Position numbers and translations under genes: made by a program
Assembly (NCBI GenBank): GCA_964016885.1
Contig: OZ024741.1
Location: 358,422,001 to 358,486,000, forward strand
DNA: 64,000 nucleotides
Source of the DNA: Eledone cirrhosa
Lineage: Eukaryota
Direction of reading: 5' to 3'
Shown: positions 24,569 to 36,835 of the stretch, piece after piece
Position numbering within the stretch: the stretch's first letter is position 1
How the letters are laid out: every line of letters begins with the position of its first letter
Notes under the pieces: model-generated
Database searches by the model: none
What the model was told of the DNA's origin: nothing
The model's input: the letters and a program-made list of their open reading frames with translations, nothing else

Positions 24569-27500
24569 TGTTTCTTTTATTTGCCACCAGGGCATCAAAA
24601 GTGGGACAAGTACAATGGGGAGAGTTTACAAAACAAGGCGTCCTCAATAAGGAGGAGGCAATAACAATATATAAAAATAAAATAAAACATAACAAAAAAT
24701 AAAATGTATAACAAAATCCTCAATAGAGACGAGGCGCCTTGGGGGGGTCGCACACACCCCCGGAAAAAAGTGTGCAACCCTTCTCCTCAGGAGCACAGAG
24801 AAGGGGTGCTCCCTTGGTCTTTCATCTTCCTCACCTATAGTCTGATGTAGAGTGAAGGCCCATTCACACGGGCCATTCTCGCCACTTTCACCCACCTTTC
24901 ATAAAAACGGCTGGGGTGCAGCACCTCTCTCTTCATCCTGATCCTTCTTCCGAAATGATATCGGAAGAAACGGACCAGTTGTTGGCCAGAGAGAAAGGTG
25001 TCTGACCTCAGTCCTTTCAGACGCGTCCACCATACAACCTCTTTCGCCATGGCTATTACGCACAGAAACAACGCCTCTCCTTCGTTTTTGAAGAGGGGAG
25101 GCGGCTTGATCGTTACAATAGACTCGGTGGTCAACCGGATCGGTCCCACCCTTGACAGCAGTTGTTCGACATAGCCCCACAGATCGGCAATGCCCGAGCA
25201 GTGTACCAATGCGTGTGCAACGGTTTCCTCGTCGCACACGCATCTGGGACAGATCTTTTTCGATGGGTCCCTACCCGGGCGCCCGTGTCTGTAGAGCCTT
25301 TCTCGAACGGGCAGAGCCCTTCTGTAGCATTGCCAGGCCAGGGACCTCTGGAAGTTATCCATGGGTCCCGGGCTGAATGTCCTACCGAACAGGTTGGCCA
25401 GTTCGTCTTCCTCCATGCCTAGGGCTTCTGCAAGGGCGTCGTCGCACCTGCTAACCACCAGCCCTCTATAGAATGACGAGGTGGATTCTCCACTGACAGC
25501 CGGGTCCGCCTGCCAGAGAGCCGTGAGCGCCTGGGCACACTCGGTGTGCCAGGCGCCCAGTTTTCTCGGTCTTTGCTTGACCCAGGATTGCAGCTCGGTG
25601 AGTGAGACGAGTCTGGGAAAGGCTCGCCTCACAAACGGGGCCCACACCGGTTGACCGGTGAGGAATACCTGAAGGTGCCGTAGCCTTAATGCGTGTTTAC
25701 GTATCATTAGCCACGGCATCCCCAGCCCTCCTTTCGAAGGGTGTTGACAGCAGATGGATCTCCTCACCATAGGAGCCCGCTTCTTCCAAAGGAATTGGAA
25801 GAGTGCGCGCTCCATTTTGGCGAGCGTTTCCCTTGGGCAAGGCACAACGGTCAGGCGGTAGTAGATGACGGACGCTATATAAGTGTTCGCCACCTCCGCC
25901 CGACCTTTCAGGGACAGTTTGCACTCGGCCCACTTCTGGGTCAGTGCAAACACCCTGTTCGTCACCTCACCCCAGTTCTTCTCCACCTGGAAGTCTGGTC
26001 CGAACCAGACCCCGAGCAACTTCACCGGGCCCTCCGTCCAGCGCCCGACGACGCCATCGGAGGGCATCGATCTGCCCCTCCACGTGCCGAGTTGCAGACC
26101 GATCGACTTGTCCCGGTTCAGCTTAGCCCCTGTAAAACTTTCGTACTCCTCCAGTAAGGTGCCGATCGCCCCGATTTCCGAGGCCGTCGACACCATTACT
26201 GTTACATCATCGGCGTAGGCTGACACCGCTTTCCGCAATCCCGGTTCCAACGGGATGCCCTGCAACAACTCCAACTTCCGCAGCAGTGGATCTAGAGTCA
26301 TTACATACAGAAGGGAGGAGAAAGGGCACCCCTGTCGGATGGACCGCGCGATTTCGAACGGCTCCGAGAGGTAGCCGTTCACCTTGACCCTAGAGCAGAT
26401 GCGGCTGCTGTGCATGGCATTGATCCAGCCCCTGAAAACGGGTCCGAAGCCTGCCGCCGCTAGCACCGCATCCAGGTAACCATGGTCGACCCTATCGAAT
26501 GCCTTAGATTGATCCAAGTTGATCAGGGCCCCACCAAAGCCGGGTTCGTTCCCAACCCTCTCTATGATGTATCGCATGAGGTGGAGGTTATCGTGGATGG
26601 ACCTGGACGGGATAGCACATGTCTGCGCATATCCCACCAGGTTGCCCACGACAAGCGCCAACCTCTTTGCTAGCACCTTGGCCAAAATCTGTAACCCTGT
26701 ATTTAGCAGAGTTATGGGCCTGAAATTATTTATATCGTCCCCCTTGTTCTCGTCCTTCCTCACTAGCGTGACTACGCCCTTGGTCACAGCACAGGGAATT
26801 CTCCCGTTCTGTTGCCAATTGCAGTAGACCGCCTCGAGGAGATCGGGGAACAAGTCCGGCATAGCTAGATATAGTTCGTATGGAAGACCATCGAGACCCG
26901 GGGATTTGCGTTTGCCGCATTGGCTCAGCACGTCCTCTATCTCAGCGGCTGAAATCGGCTCCTCGCAGAACTTCGCCTCCCTGTCCGAGAGACGCGGCAG
27001 GCCGTCCTCAACCGGCCCCCCGCCCCTTCCGAACAATCCGGCAAAGTGCTTTTGAAAAGCCTCGCACATCTGCTTAGGTTCAAGAATCACCCGTCCATCC
27101 TGGTCTCGCAAAGACCGGATAGTGGATCTGCTCCCTCTTTTGGCTTCTGTCACGCGGGCCCAGCTAACAGCTTTGGTCCCCTCGTTTCCCAGAGCACGTA
27201 TTTTGCTTCGGACGATGCAGCCTTCGTGTTTCGCGTCGAAGAACTGGCCCAGGGCCGTTCTCGACGCTAGCACTCTGGCCACGTCGCCGCTTCTAATTGC
27301 CTCTTCTACACTATCTACCAACTCCCTTTCCTTCCTATTTCTATTGGAGGCTAACTCCTTACTAAATTCTATAGAGACTACTCTAATCTCTCTTTTGAGA
27401 GATCCCCACCACCTGCTGTTGACGATGGCGCCCGTCAACCGCTCCTTAACTAAAGTGCTAATCCGGTCCCTGTAAGCCTTACGTGCCGGTAAGGACAAGT

Positions 27501-28155
27501 TGAGCTTCCAGTAACCGGGTCCCTGTCTATGAGTTCTGTCAAGGTTGATCATGCAGGTCACTAACTTGTGGTCTGAATAGCCAACCATGCGCATTTTTGG
27601 ACAACTTAAAAAGTCCTTATCCTTAATTCTAACTAAGAACCTATCTAGGTACGACCTAGATGATCCGCTACGATTTGCCAAAGTCCAGGTTGGCGCAGTC
27701 GGAAAATCTAGTCGATATCTATCGGCCAGGTCAAATCGACCGATTAACCCTTTGAGGCTATTACACCCCTCTCTATCGGGACAGGCCCCTACGTAGTCCC
27801 AGCGTGCATCTAGGATACCATTCCAGTCCCCCACTAATAGCAAGGAGCGGGACGTCCCTAGAAAAGTCTCCAGACGATGGAAGAAGTCCGGCCGCATTGA
27901 CCCGAAAGGGCCGTAGGCGGCTACCAACCTAAACGCTCCGCCTTTACCACTGCCAAGGTCCAGAACCACTAGTCGACCCTCCGGGTCCAAATGTACCATC
28001 TGTGTTGCGAGACCCAGATGTTTTTGCAGCAGAACGACAACTCCACCCCCACCTCCGGGCTGACAGAGAGATGCGTGCATCTCAAAGTCATCAAAGGTGG
28101 GAGCCAGCTGTCGCACGTTGCTGATCCGGGCCTCGCAAATAACCATCACATCTAT
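24569..28155 (-). mobile_element. Tx1/L1-clade LINE copy 1, 5'-truncated within the APE domain
   Basis: ORF 24835-28176: APE (LLVGDWN, YLDRFL, YSDH), GPGYWKLN, KSPGLDG, RT (LDQSKAFDRV, IRQGCP, YADD), C-terminal CPRC..ET..HALVHC. 3' UTR with AATAAA then (TCTA)n. Confidence 0.95.
24835..28155 (-). CDS. Tx1-clade ORF2 (APE-RT-zinc-binding domain), open but N-terminally truncated
   Basis: Uninterrupted frame of ~1100 aa; homology to copy 3 ends at IDVMV (~28155). Confidence 0.85.
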   Translation of the reverse strand: MDVMVICEARISNVRQLAPTFDDFEMHASLCQPGGGGGVVVLLQKHLGLATQMVHLDPEGRLVVLDLGSGKGGAFRLVAAYGPFGSMRPDFFHRLETFLGTSRSLLLVGDWNGILDARWDYVGACPDREGCNSLKGLIGRFDLADRYRLDFPTAPTWTLANRSGSSRSYLDRFLVRIKDKDFLSCPKMRMVGYSDHKLVTCMINLDRTHRQGPGYWKLNLSLPARKAYRDRISTLVKERLTGAIVNSRWWGSLKREIRVVSIEFSKELASNRNRKERELVDSVEEAIRSGDVARVLASRTALGQFFDAKHEGCIVRSKIRALGNEGTKAVSWARVTEAKRGSRSTIRSLRDQDGRVILEPKQMCEAFQKHFAGLFGRGGGPVEDGLPRLSDREAKFCEEPISAAEIEDVLSQCGKRKSPGLDGLPYELYLAMPDLFPDLLEAVYCNWQQNGRIPCAVTKGVVTLVRKDENKGDDINNFRPITLLNTGLQILAKVLAKRLALVVGNLVGYAQTCAIPSRSIHDNLHLMRYIIERVGNEPGFGGALINLDQSKAFDRVDHGYLDAVLAAAGFGPVFRGWINAMHSSRICSRVKVNGYLSEPFEIARSIRQGCPFSSLLYVMTLDPLLRKLELLQGIPLEPGLRKAVSAYADDVTVMVSTASEIGAIGTLLEEYESFTGAKLNRDKSIGLQLGTWRGRSMPSDGVVGRWTEGPVKLLGVWFGPDFQVEKNWGEVTNRVFALTQKWAECKLSLKGRAEVANTYIASVIYYRLTVVPCPRETLAKMERALFQFLWKKRAPMVRRSICCQHPSKGGLGMPWLMIRKHALRLRHLQVFLTGQPVWAPFVRRAFPRLVSLTELQSWVKQRPRKLGAWHTECAQALTALWQADPAVSGESTSSFYRGLVVSRCDDALAEALGMEEDELANLFGRTFSPGPMDNFQRSLAWQCYRRALPVRERLYRHGRPGRDPSKKICPRCVCDEETVAHALVHCSGIADLWGYVEQLLSRVGPIRLTTESIVTIKPPPLFKNEGEALFLCVIAMAKEVVWWTRLKGLRSDTFLSGQQLVRFFRYHFGRRIRMKREVLHPSRFYERWVKVARMARVNGPSLYIRL

Positions 28156-28393
28156 TTGTTGTATATCTTTATACAAAACATTACCACAAGTTATACACAG
28201 ACCACATCTATAGGTCTCCTACACAACAACAAAAACAACAATACTTAAATACCACTTGGATATGTGAAGAGCAGTTTAATGTTAAATTACTCCCAAGCAC
28301 CCTGACACACTACTACAAACTCTCCCTCTAATCATACATTTATCACATTAAAAACATGAAGAGTACATTGAACAATGTAGTCCTCATCATCAC

Positions 28394-28431
<38 letters not shown>

Positions 28432-28793
28432 TTCTTTATTAGCCACAAGGGCGCAACAAGAAAGGGGACAATACAAAGACATGCCGGGGATTTTACATAC
28501 AGTCGTGTAAAAAATATAAAAACAAACAATTTCAACAATCGAAATCCCCAATAGGGGGGAGGCGCCACAAATGGGTTGTTTAATACCCCGTCGATAGAAC
28601 AACCCTCAACTCAAGGAGCGTGTTGTGCAAGTGCTCCTTTCTTCCTTTTGCTCTCTTCCTCAACCTACAGGCTTATAAACAGAGAAGGCCCAATCACTCG
28701 GGCCATTTTCGCTTCATTCACCCACCTTTCAGTAAATTTACTGGGGTGCAGTGCCTCTCTCTCCACCCTGATTCTCCTTCTAAAGTGATACTT
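28432..28793 (-). mobile_element. Tx1 copy 2, heavily 5'-truncated (last ~43 codons + 3' UTR), bounded by (GATA)n at 28395-28431 and 28794-28840
   Basis: KYHFRRRIRVEREALHPSKFTERWVNEAKMARVIGPSLFISL*, then AATAAAGAAA(TCTA)n. Confidence 0.9.
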
Positions 28794-28840
<47 letters not shown>

Positions 28841-29062
28841 TTCTATTTATTTGCCACGAGGGCACAAAAGAAGGGGACAAATACACAGTGGGGGAGTTTA
28901 CATAAATCGAGTAAAGAAAAAAAGGAATAACAATAATAATATAATAATAAAAAGTCCTCAAAAGGGAGGGGGCGTGTTGGGGATTGCACATACCCCCGAA
29001 AAGTGTGCAACCCTTTTCGCGGGGGAAGCCCAGAGAGGAGGCGCTCCCCCTTTCTTCTTCAC

Positions 29063-32000
29063 CTACAGAACAATGTAGAGAGAAGGCCCATTTACACGAG
29101 CCATTCTCGCTTCTTTCACCCACCTTTCATAAAACTGTCTGGGGCCAAGCACTTCTCTCTCCATCCTGATCCTTCTTCCGAAGTGGTATCGGAAGAAGTA
29201 AACCAGGTGATGGCCGGAGAGAAAGTCACCCGACCTCAGACCTTTCAGGCGCGTCCACCACACAACCTCTTTCATCATGGCTATTACGCACAGAAAGACC
29301 GCCTCTGCTTCATTTCTGAAGGGAGGAGGCGGCTTGATGTTCACCACAGACTCGGCGGTTAATCGAATCGGCGCCACACGCGACAGCAGTCGTTCGACGT
29401 AGCCCCACAGATCGGCAACGCCCGGGCAGTGTACCAGTGCATGCGCAACGGTTTCCTCGTCGCGCACGCATCTGGGACAGATCTTTTTCGCGGGATCCCT
29501 GCCCGGGCGCTCGTGTCTGTAGAGCTTTTCTCGAACGGGCAGAGCCCCCCGGTAACACTGCCAGGCTAGGGACCTCTGGAAGTTGTCCATGGGTCCCGGG
29601 CCGAAAGTTCTACCGAACAGGCTGGCCAGTTCGTCCTCCTCCATGCCTAGCGACTCTCCAAGGGTGTCGTCGCCCCTGCTAGCCACCAGCCCTCTATAGA
29701 ATGTCGAGGTGGATTCTCCACTGATAGTCGGGTCCGCTTGCCAGATAGCCGTGAGCGCCTGGGCACACTCGGTGTGCCAGTTGCCCAGTTTTCTCGGTCT
29801 TTGCTTCACCCAGGATTGCAGCTCGGTGAGCGAGACGAGCTGTGGGAAGGCTCGCCTCACAAACGGGGCCCACACCGGCTGACCGGTGAGGAATACCTGT
29901 AGATGCCGTAGCCTCAATGCGTGCCTACGCATCAACAGCCACGGCATACCCAGCCCTCCTTTCGAAGGGTGCTGGCAGCAGATGGATCTCCTCACCATGG
30001 GAGGCCGCTTCTTCCAGAGGAACTGGAAGAGCATGCGTTCCATGATGGTGAGCTTTTCCTTGGGGCAAGGCACGACGGTCAGGCGGTAGTAGATGACGGA
30101 CACTATGTAAGCGTTCGTCACCTCCGCCCGACCTTTCAGTGATAGTTTGCACTTGGCCCACTTCTGGGTCAGCGCAAACACCCTGCTCGTCACCTCGCCC
30201 CAATTCTTCTCCACCTGGAGGTCCGGTCCGAACCAGACCCCGAGCAGCTTCACCGGGCCCTCCGTCCACCGCCCGACGACACCGTCTAACGGCATCGGTT
30301 TGCCCCTCCACGTTCCGAGTTGCAAACCGACTGACTTGTCCCGGTTTAGCCTAGCCCCCGTCAGCCTTTCGTATTCCTCCAGTAGGGTGGCGATCGCCCC
30401 GATTACCGAGGCGTCCGCCACCATTACTGTTACGTCGTCGGCATAGGCCGAGACCGCTTTGTGCAATCCCGGTTCCAGGGGTATGCCCCGTAGCAACTCC
30501 AACTTCCGCAGTAGTGGCTCGAGAGTCAATACGTACAGAAGGGAGGAGAGAGGGCACCCCTGTCTGATGGACCGGGTGATTTGAAACGGCTCCGAGAGGT
30601 AGCCGTTTACTTTAATCCTAGAGTAGATGTTGCCACTGTGCATGGCAGAAATCCAGCCGCTGAAAACGGGTCCGAAGCCCGCCGGTGCTAGCACCGCATC
30701 CAGGTAACCATGGTCGACCCTATCAAACGCCTTAGATTGATCCAAGTTGATCAGGGCCCCACCAAAGCCGGGTTCGTTGCCAACCCTCTCTACGATGTAT
30801 CGCATGAGGTGGAGGTTGTCGTGAATGGACCTGGACGGGATAGCGCATGTCTGCGCGTCTCCCACCAAACCACCCACCACAAGCGCCAACCTCTTCGCCA
30901 ACACCTTGGCCAAAATCTGTAACTCTGCATTCAGCAGAGTTATGGGCCTAAAGTTACTTAAGTCGTCTCCCTTGCTCTCGTCCTTCCTCACTAGCGTGAC
31001 CACGCCCTTGGTCACAGAACAGGGAATTCTCCCGTTCTGTTGCCAGTTGCAATAGACAGCTTCGAGGAGTTCGGAGAACAAGACCGGCATAGCTAAATAA
31101 AGTTCGTATGGTAGACCATCGAGACCCGGAGATTTGCGTCTGCTGCATTGGCTGAGCGCTTCCCCGATTTCAGTGGCTGTGATTGACCTTTCGCAGCACT
31201 CCGCTTCGCCGCTCGAAAGACGCGGTAGACCGTCGAGGTATGGACCGAAGTCCACATCCCCGTCCGGCCCCCCGCCCCCTCCGAACAGTCGAGCAAAGTG
31301 CCTTTGAAAGGCCTCGCACATCCGCTCAGGTTCAAGGATCACCCGTCCATCCTGGTCTCGCAAAGACCGAATGGTGGATTTAATCCCACTCTTGGCTTCT
31401 GTCACGCGGGCCCAGCTAACAGCTTTGGTCCCCTCGTTTCCTAAAGCACGTATTTTACTTCGGACAACGCAGCCTTCGTGCTTCGCGTCAAAGAACTGGC
31501 TCAACGCCGTTCTCGCCGCTAACACTCTGGCTACGTCTCCGCTCCTAATCGCCTCTTCTAGTTTATCTGTTAACTCCCTTTCCTTCCTATTTCTATTCGC
31601 CGCTAGTTCCTTACTGTAACCTATCGAACTTACTCTAATCTCTCTCTTTAGAGATACCCACCACCTACTGTTGACGATCGCTCCCGTCAACCGCATCTTA
31701 ACTAAGCTACTAATCCGGTTCCTGTAATCTTTCTTTGCCGGCAAGGACAAGTTCATCTTCCAGTAACCGGGACCCTGTCTATGCGTTCTATCAAGGTTGA
31801 CCACGCAGGTCACTAATTTGTGATCTGAATAGCCAACCATGATCAATTCTGGACAACTAAATACGTCCCTATCCTTACTCTTAACCAAAAACCTATCTAG
31901 GTACGATCTAGATTGTCCATTGCGGTTTGCCCAGGTCCAGGTTGGCGCAGTTGGACAATCTAGTCGAAATCTATCGACCAGGTCGAATCGATCGAGTAAC

Positions 32001-32507
32001 CCCTTGAGGCTGCTACACCCCCCTCTTTCGGGACATGCCCCTGCATAGTCCCAACGCGCATCTAGGATTCCATTCCAGTCCCCCACTAAAAGCAGGGAAC
32101 GCGACGTTCCTAGAAAAGTTTCCAGACGCTGGAAGAAGTCGGCTCTTTCAGCCCCGAAGGGGGCATAAAGACCGACCAGTCTGAAAGCCCCGCCTTCACC
32201 GCCTCCGACGTCCAGCACCAGTAATCGACCCCCCGGGTCCGAGTGAACAATCTGTACGTCGAGAGCCAGACGTTTATCCAGCAGTACGGCAACTCCCCCC
32301 CCCCCCCCCGCCTCCGGGTTGACAGAGAGATGCGTGCATCTCAAAGTCATCGAAGGCGGGAGCCAGCTGTCGCACGCTGCTGATCCGACTCTCGCAAACA
32401 ACCATCACATCTATACTTCGTTACCTGAGGTCACTTAGAAGCTTTGCTTGCTTCCAAGCTGAGCCCAGGCCACGTGCGTTCAAACAGCCAACTCTCAATT
32501 GATCTAT
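29063..32507 (-). pseudogene. Tx1 ORF2 (APE-RT-zinc-binding) with one in-frame stop and one homopolymer frameshift near the N-terminus
   Basis: True N-terminus reads IDQLRVGCLNARGL..LSDLR*RSIDVMVVCESR (TAA at 32421-32423); frameshift in the C-run at ~32295-32309; remainder open to 29063. Confidence 0.85.
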
Positions 32508-34369
32508 TTTGGTGTTGAAAGTGAAGAAAGAAAAGCACCTACCTCTCCGGGTTGTGTAATTTCCATGGCGTCAGGTGTGTTGGGTGGAGGGATGTTTTGT
32601 GGTGGTGTGGGGGTACCCGAGTGTGGTGGGGTTGGGGTATTTGGAGTTGTGTCAGGGAGAGGGGAGGTTATGGGGAACTCTTTCAAGAGGACGCGATTTA
32701 ACGGTTTTAAACAGGGGGGGGGGGGGGGGGCTCACGTCCTGTCTAAATTGTTCTTTTAAGGAACGATAAAGGTCTTGAGGGACCTTTATCATTTTTAAAT
32801 GGGTGAAGTTCTCTGTTGAGATAAAGTTTGGCCCTTCGGTCTGCACCAAAGGGCTATTGCTTATTAATTTAAACAGTTTTTTGTTTTCTTTATTTATATA
32901 TGTGTATTGCAACGTCTTTTTTTGTGATGCTGTCAATGTTTCGGAGAGGGGAGGCGCAGATTTAATTTTGTTTGTTGAGGGTGGGGTGTTTTTGATTGGA
33001 GTTGGTGTTTGTGTGTGGGTTATTTGTGGTGTGCTGGGTGTGTGCTTTCTTCTTTTTCTTTTAACTTGTCTGAAGGCTTCTCCTCCTTCTTCTTCAGAGA
33101 GTTGGGGAAAACTCTTCAGCGCTAGGTGGGAGGGACGTGGTGTCTGGTTGTTTTTTTTTTGCGGGAGGGGTAGATTTGTTGCTATTTTTTTAATTATTTG
33201 TTTGGAATGCGTTTTGTGGTGGTGGTGGTGATGTTTGTGTCGTGCTTGTGGTTGGTAATGGTGGTGGTGATGTTTGTGTTGTGGTTGGTGATGGTGGTGG
33301 TGATTTTTGTGTCGTGCTTGTGTTTGGTGCTGGTGGTGGTGATGTTTGTGTTGTGCTTGTGGTTGGTGGTGTCTGTATTTTGTTTGCTGTGTGGTATTAG
33401 TGTATTTTTGGAGATGAGTGGTGTTGGTGTACTGTTTGTGGTGGGTGTGGGCAATAGTCCTTTTTGGGGGATACGTTTCGGGCAGTTAGCCTTAACGTGT
33501 CCCCTTTCCGTGCATAAATAGCATGCTGGTCTTCTCCCCTCTACAATTATATCTATTGGGGTGAGGTCATCCAGCCAGATGCGATCCGGGATTTGTGCCA
33601 CTCTTTCGGGCCTCATTTGGACTAGTAGGTCGAGGCCCATTCCCAGGAACGCATCTCCAGATGCCTTCCCCATTGACAGCACTGTGTCCTCGCCCATGTC
33701 TATGAAGCCAGCAATAGCCCACCAGAAGTCCATTGTGGGCAGCATTGTTTGTACTTTGACTCTCTGTGTTCTTCTACCCATGTAGGAGGGATAGAAGCTG
33801 TATGTTGTTGATGAGAGTGGGCTTAGGGAAAGCTTCTGCGCCGTTTCCTTGTCTTTTGTTAAGACCGAAATGCTGCCATAGAGTTGGTCCTTTCGTATGA
33901 AGAGAATATTCTTCATATAGTCTTTTAGGACCAACTCTATCTCCATTTGGCTGGGCTGTGCTGGCTTTCTCGTTTGGTTTAATATTGTTCTGAAGAGAAC
34001 TGTGCTCTCTGTTCTCGCTTTCTTGAATTCTGGGGGGGGGGGGGGAGTTAATGGAAAACATTCCGTTCTCACCCAAGACTATGTGTTTTTTTGCTTCGGC
34101 CAGTTTTTCTCTGGTGGCAGTTAAGTCTATTGGTGTATATGTTATGGACTGTTTTGTTTTCTGGGCGAAAGTTGCCTTGTTGTTATTTGTGCTCTTATTT
34201 TCTGTTTGTTTGTTTTCCGTTTGCTCATTTTCCGTAACATTTGTTTTTTCATTTTCCTTGTTTGTTTCGTTGTCTAGTTTTGTTGTATCTATTTCTTTTT
34301 GTTCTTCAGACTTGGGGGGGGGGGCGTGGCAGAGCTAATGGCAGACATGTCTGCCATCTTTTCCGCCAT
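32504..34369 (-). pseudogene. Tx1 ORF1 (gag-like, CCHC zinc knuckle), broken into several frames
   Basis: Starts MAEKMADMSAISS at 34369; contains VEGRRPACYLCTERGHVKANCP and Thr/Pro-rich linkers; several frame breaks lie near G/T homopolymers. Confidence 0.75.
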
Positions 34370-34573
34370 GCTGGCCGAGAAAGAGATTTTACAGCAAAAT
34401 AGATATTTATTTTACCCCCCAAAAAGGGGGTAAATGTAAAAATGTTTCCCTAAATAACAGGGGTAGGTGTTTCAAATGTGTTGCACTGAAAAAATTCTCT
34501 GGTACTTACTATAGTAAGGGTAAATTCCGATGGAATAGCGGAGCCGATGTGAAGCATGTCTTACTCTATCAAG

Positions 34574-34611
<38 letters not shown>

Positions 34612-35410
34612 GTGTCGAGAAATTGGGCGGAAGAGTTGGAGACAAATGTAGTGAAGGTGAGGGAAGGATGAACAGATGGATGATGGAAAGAAAGGAGTCG
34701 AGTTGTTGACAGGAGAGAGAGGTGGTGCCGATACAATCGTCGATATAATGACCCTATAGCTCAGGGGCTGCCAATGTAGTTGACGCAGCCAACAAACAAG
34801 TTGGCGTAGTTAGGACCCATTCTGGTTCTCATAGCTACCTTAGCGACCTGCTGGTAAAACTCTCCGGGAAAGGAGAAAACAAAATACATTGAGAGTGATA
34901 ATGAGATCAGCAAGGAAGAGAAGAATGGAAGAGTTAGGATAGGGAGTAGGGCGTAAGTCGAAAAGGTGTCGGAGAGCGCGGAGGCGGTCATAGTGAGGGA
35001 TGATGGTGGAGAGAGAGTTAATGTCCAGGATAAAGAAACGTCGAGAGGGACCAGAAGAGGAGGGGGAGTTGAACAGTGGAAGAGCATGATTAGTGTCGTA
35101 GATATGGGAGGGGAGGTCGGCGTCTAGAGGGGCAGGGAGGGTGTCAAAGTTTTGGGAGATTATTTCAGTAGGGTAGTTACAGGCGGAAATTATAGGATGG
35201 CCGGGTTATTATTATTAGATTTAAGTATTTAGGGGAGGAAGTAGATGATGGGTGTACGAGGGATGCGTACTATAAGATTAGTGGCAGTAAGAGTAAGAGG
35301 GAGGAGGAGATAAGTTGGCGAATGGTGGAGGACACGAGCTGTTGGTAGCCTGGGGTGGAGTCAAAAGATAAAGGCCGGTAAAATAGGGTGTTGTGAAGCT
35401 GGCAGATGGC
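34612..35410 (-). mobile_element. Decayed Penelope-like RT fragment
   Basis: FSFPGEFYQQVAKVAMRTRMGPNYANLFVG and YIDDCIG (34727-34747) on the minus strand. Confidence 0.8.
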
Positions 35411-36603
35411 CTAACTCATGTAGATGTCTGCACCACACATACACACTCACATGCTCTCCCCGCTTCTCTCTCTCTGTCACACACATACACGCACATATAT
35501 ATTACATTCCTTCATGTTTGCAATGTCCAACAGGCAGGAGAGAAATTTATGATTCGAGGCCTATTTGCTTAATATATCCTCCCAATTTTAGTTGTTAGGG
35601 TGTTTGGCTTACGATCTTAACACCGTAAGTTCGTTTCCCGGTGAGGCTGTGTGTCCTTGAGCAAGACGCTTTATTTTTCGTTGCTCCAGTCCACCCAGCA
35701 GTCAAAAATCTTCCTAGTTATGGGTCTACGCGCCTGTGGAATGCTTAGCTACTTGCATATTAATTTAATGAGCAGGTTGTTCTATTATTCGAACAACTGG
35801 AACACTAGCCGTGGGAACAAAAATATGTTCAGTAGTGAGTTCGGTAGTTGAGTGTATAGGTTATTTACTAGCACTAATGTGTGTGAATGTGCTGAAGGAG
35901 ATGCGTATGTTGGCTGGCATGCGTGTATAATGTTGCAAGTGCCTGTGTGTGCACGTGCTTGTGAGTATGAACGTATACGTGTGAGTGTGAAGGCGCATGA
36001 TTTAGTGGTTAACGTGTTCGGCTCGCGATCGCAAGATCATGAGCTCGATTCTCGGCGATGTGTTGCGTCCATGAGGAAGATACTTTATTTCACGTTGATT
36101 CAGTCCACTCAGCTGGCAAAAATGAGTTGTACCTGTAATTCAAAGTGCCTGCCAGGCCACACACAGTATCACGCTGAGTTTCCCAGAGAACTACAGTGTA
36201 CGTATCTGTGGAATGCTCAGCCACGTACACGTTAATTTCATGAGCAGTTTGTTCTGATGTTTGTAGACTTGCATAAAACGTCATCGGAAGCGAGTATGTT
36301 TGTGTAAACGTAGTGTAATTGCGCAATACATTCTACAGTTCTTGAATTGATGAAACGATAGAAGTCAAGAAGCAAAAGTGAGGATACAGCGGTATTTAGT
36401 TACATACTTACATAATACATCATGGCTGCCTCCTCGTTATCAAGTATAGCCATTGCATGATATAACATTATTAATAATTACCAATTAATGGTATCGTGTA
36501 ATACTTGTGCGTGAGAAAGACTGTGCACATAATACATACATACTTACACAATACACACATACATACTTACATAATACATACATACATGCATATATATATA
36601 TAC

Positions 36604-36676
<73 letters not shown>

Positions 36677-36804
36677 TATGCATGCATACATACATACAGA
36701 CACACATACATACACACGCACATACATACATATATACACATGCATACTTACATACATATGCACATACATACACACATACATACATACATACACACATACA
36801 TACA

Positions 36805-36835
<31 letters not shown>

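Larger units (their letters stand above)
28841..34571 (-). mobile_element. Tx1/L1-clade LINE copy 3, near full length (~5.7 kb), (GATA)n at both ends
   Basis: ~200-bp 5' UTR, ORF1 with CCHC knuckle, ORF2 APE-RT, 3' UTR with AATAAA. (AGAT)n at 28794-28840 and 34572-34592. Confidence 0.95.

Noticed and set aside
24899-32292. Many short overlapping ORFs inside the Tx1 copies
   Set aside because: Alternative-frame and antisense by-products of GC-rich ORF2 sequence.
32300-32401. Predicted ORF2 N-terminus MFARVGSAAC...
   Set aside because: Off-frame because of a homopolymer frameshift; the real APE N-terminus is in the adjacent frame.
34370-34571. Possible HDV-like ribozyme in the Tx1 5' UTR or in the RTE-like 5' repeats
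   Set aside because: Could not build the nested double pseudoknot by eye; needs a descriptor search.
28791-34573. 9-bp inverted match CTTGATAGA / TCTATCAAG flanking Tx1 copy 3, like TIRs
   Set aside because: Mostly made of the GATA repeat; the element is a LINE, so probably coincidental.
36400-36470. Minus-strand short frame MAILDNEEAAMMYY followed by GTAAGT donor
   Set aside because: No recognisable homology, acceptor or partner exon.
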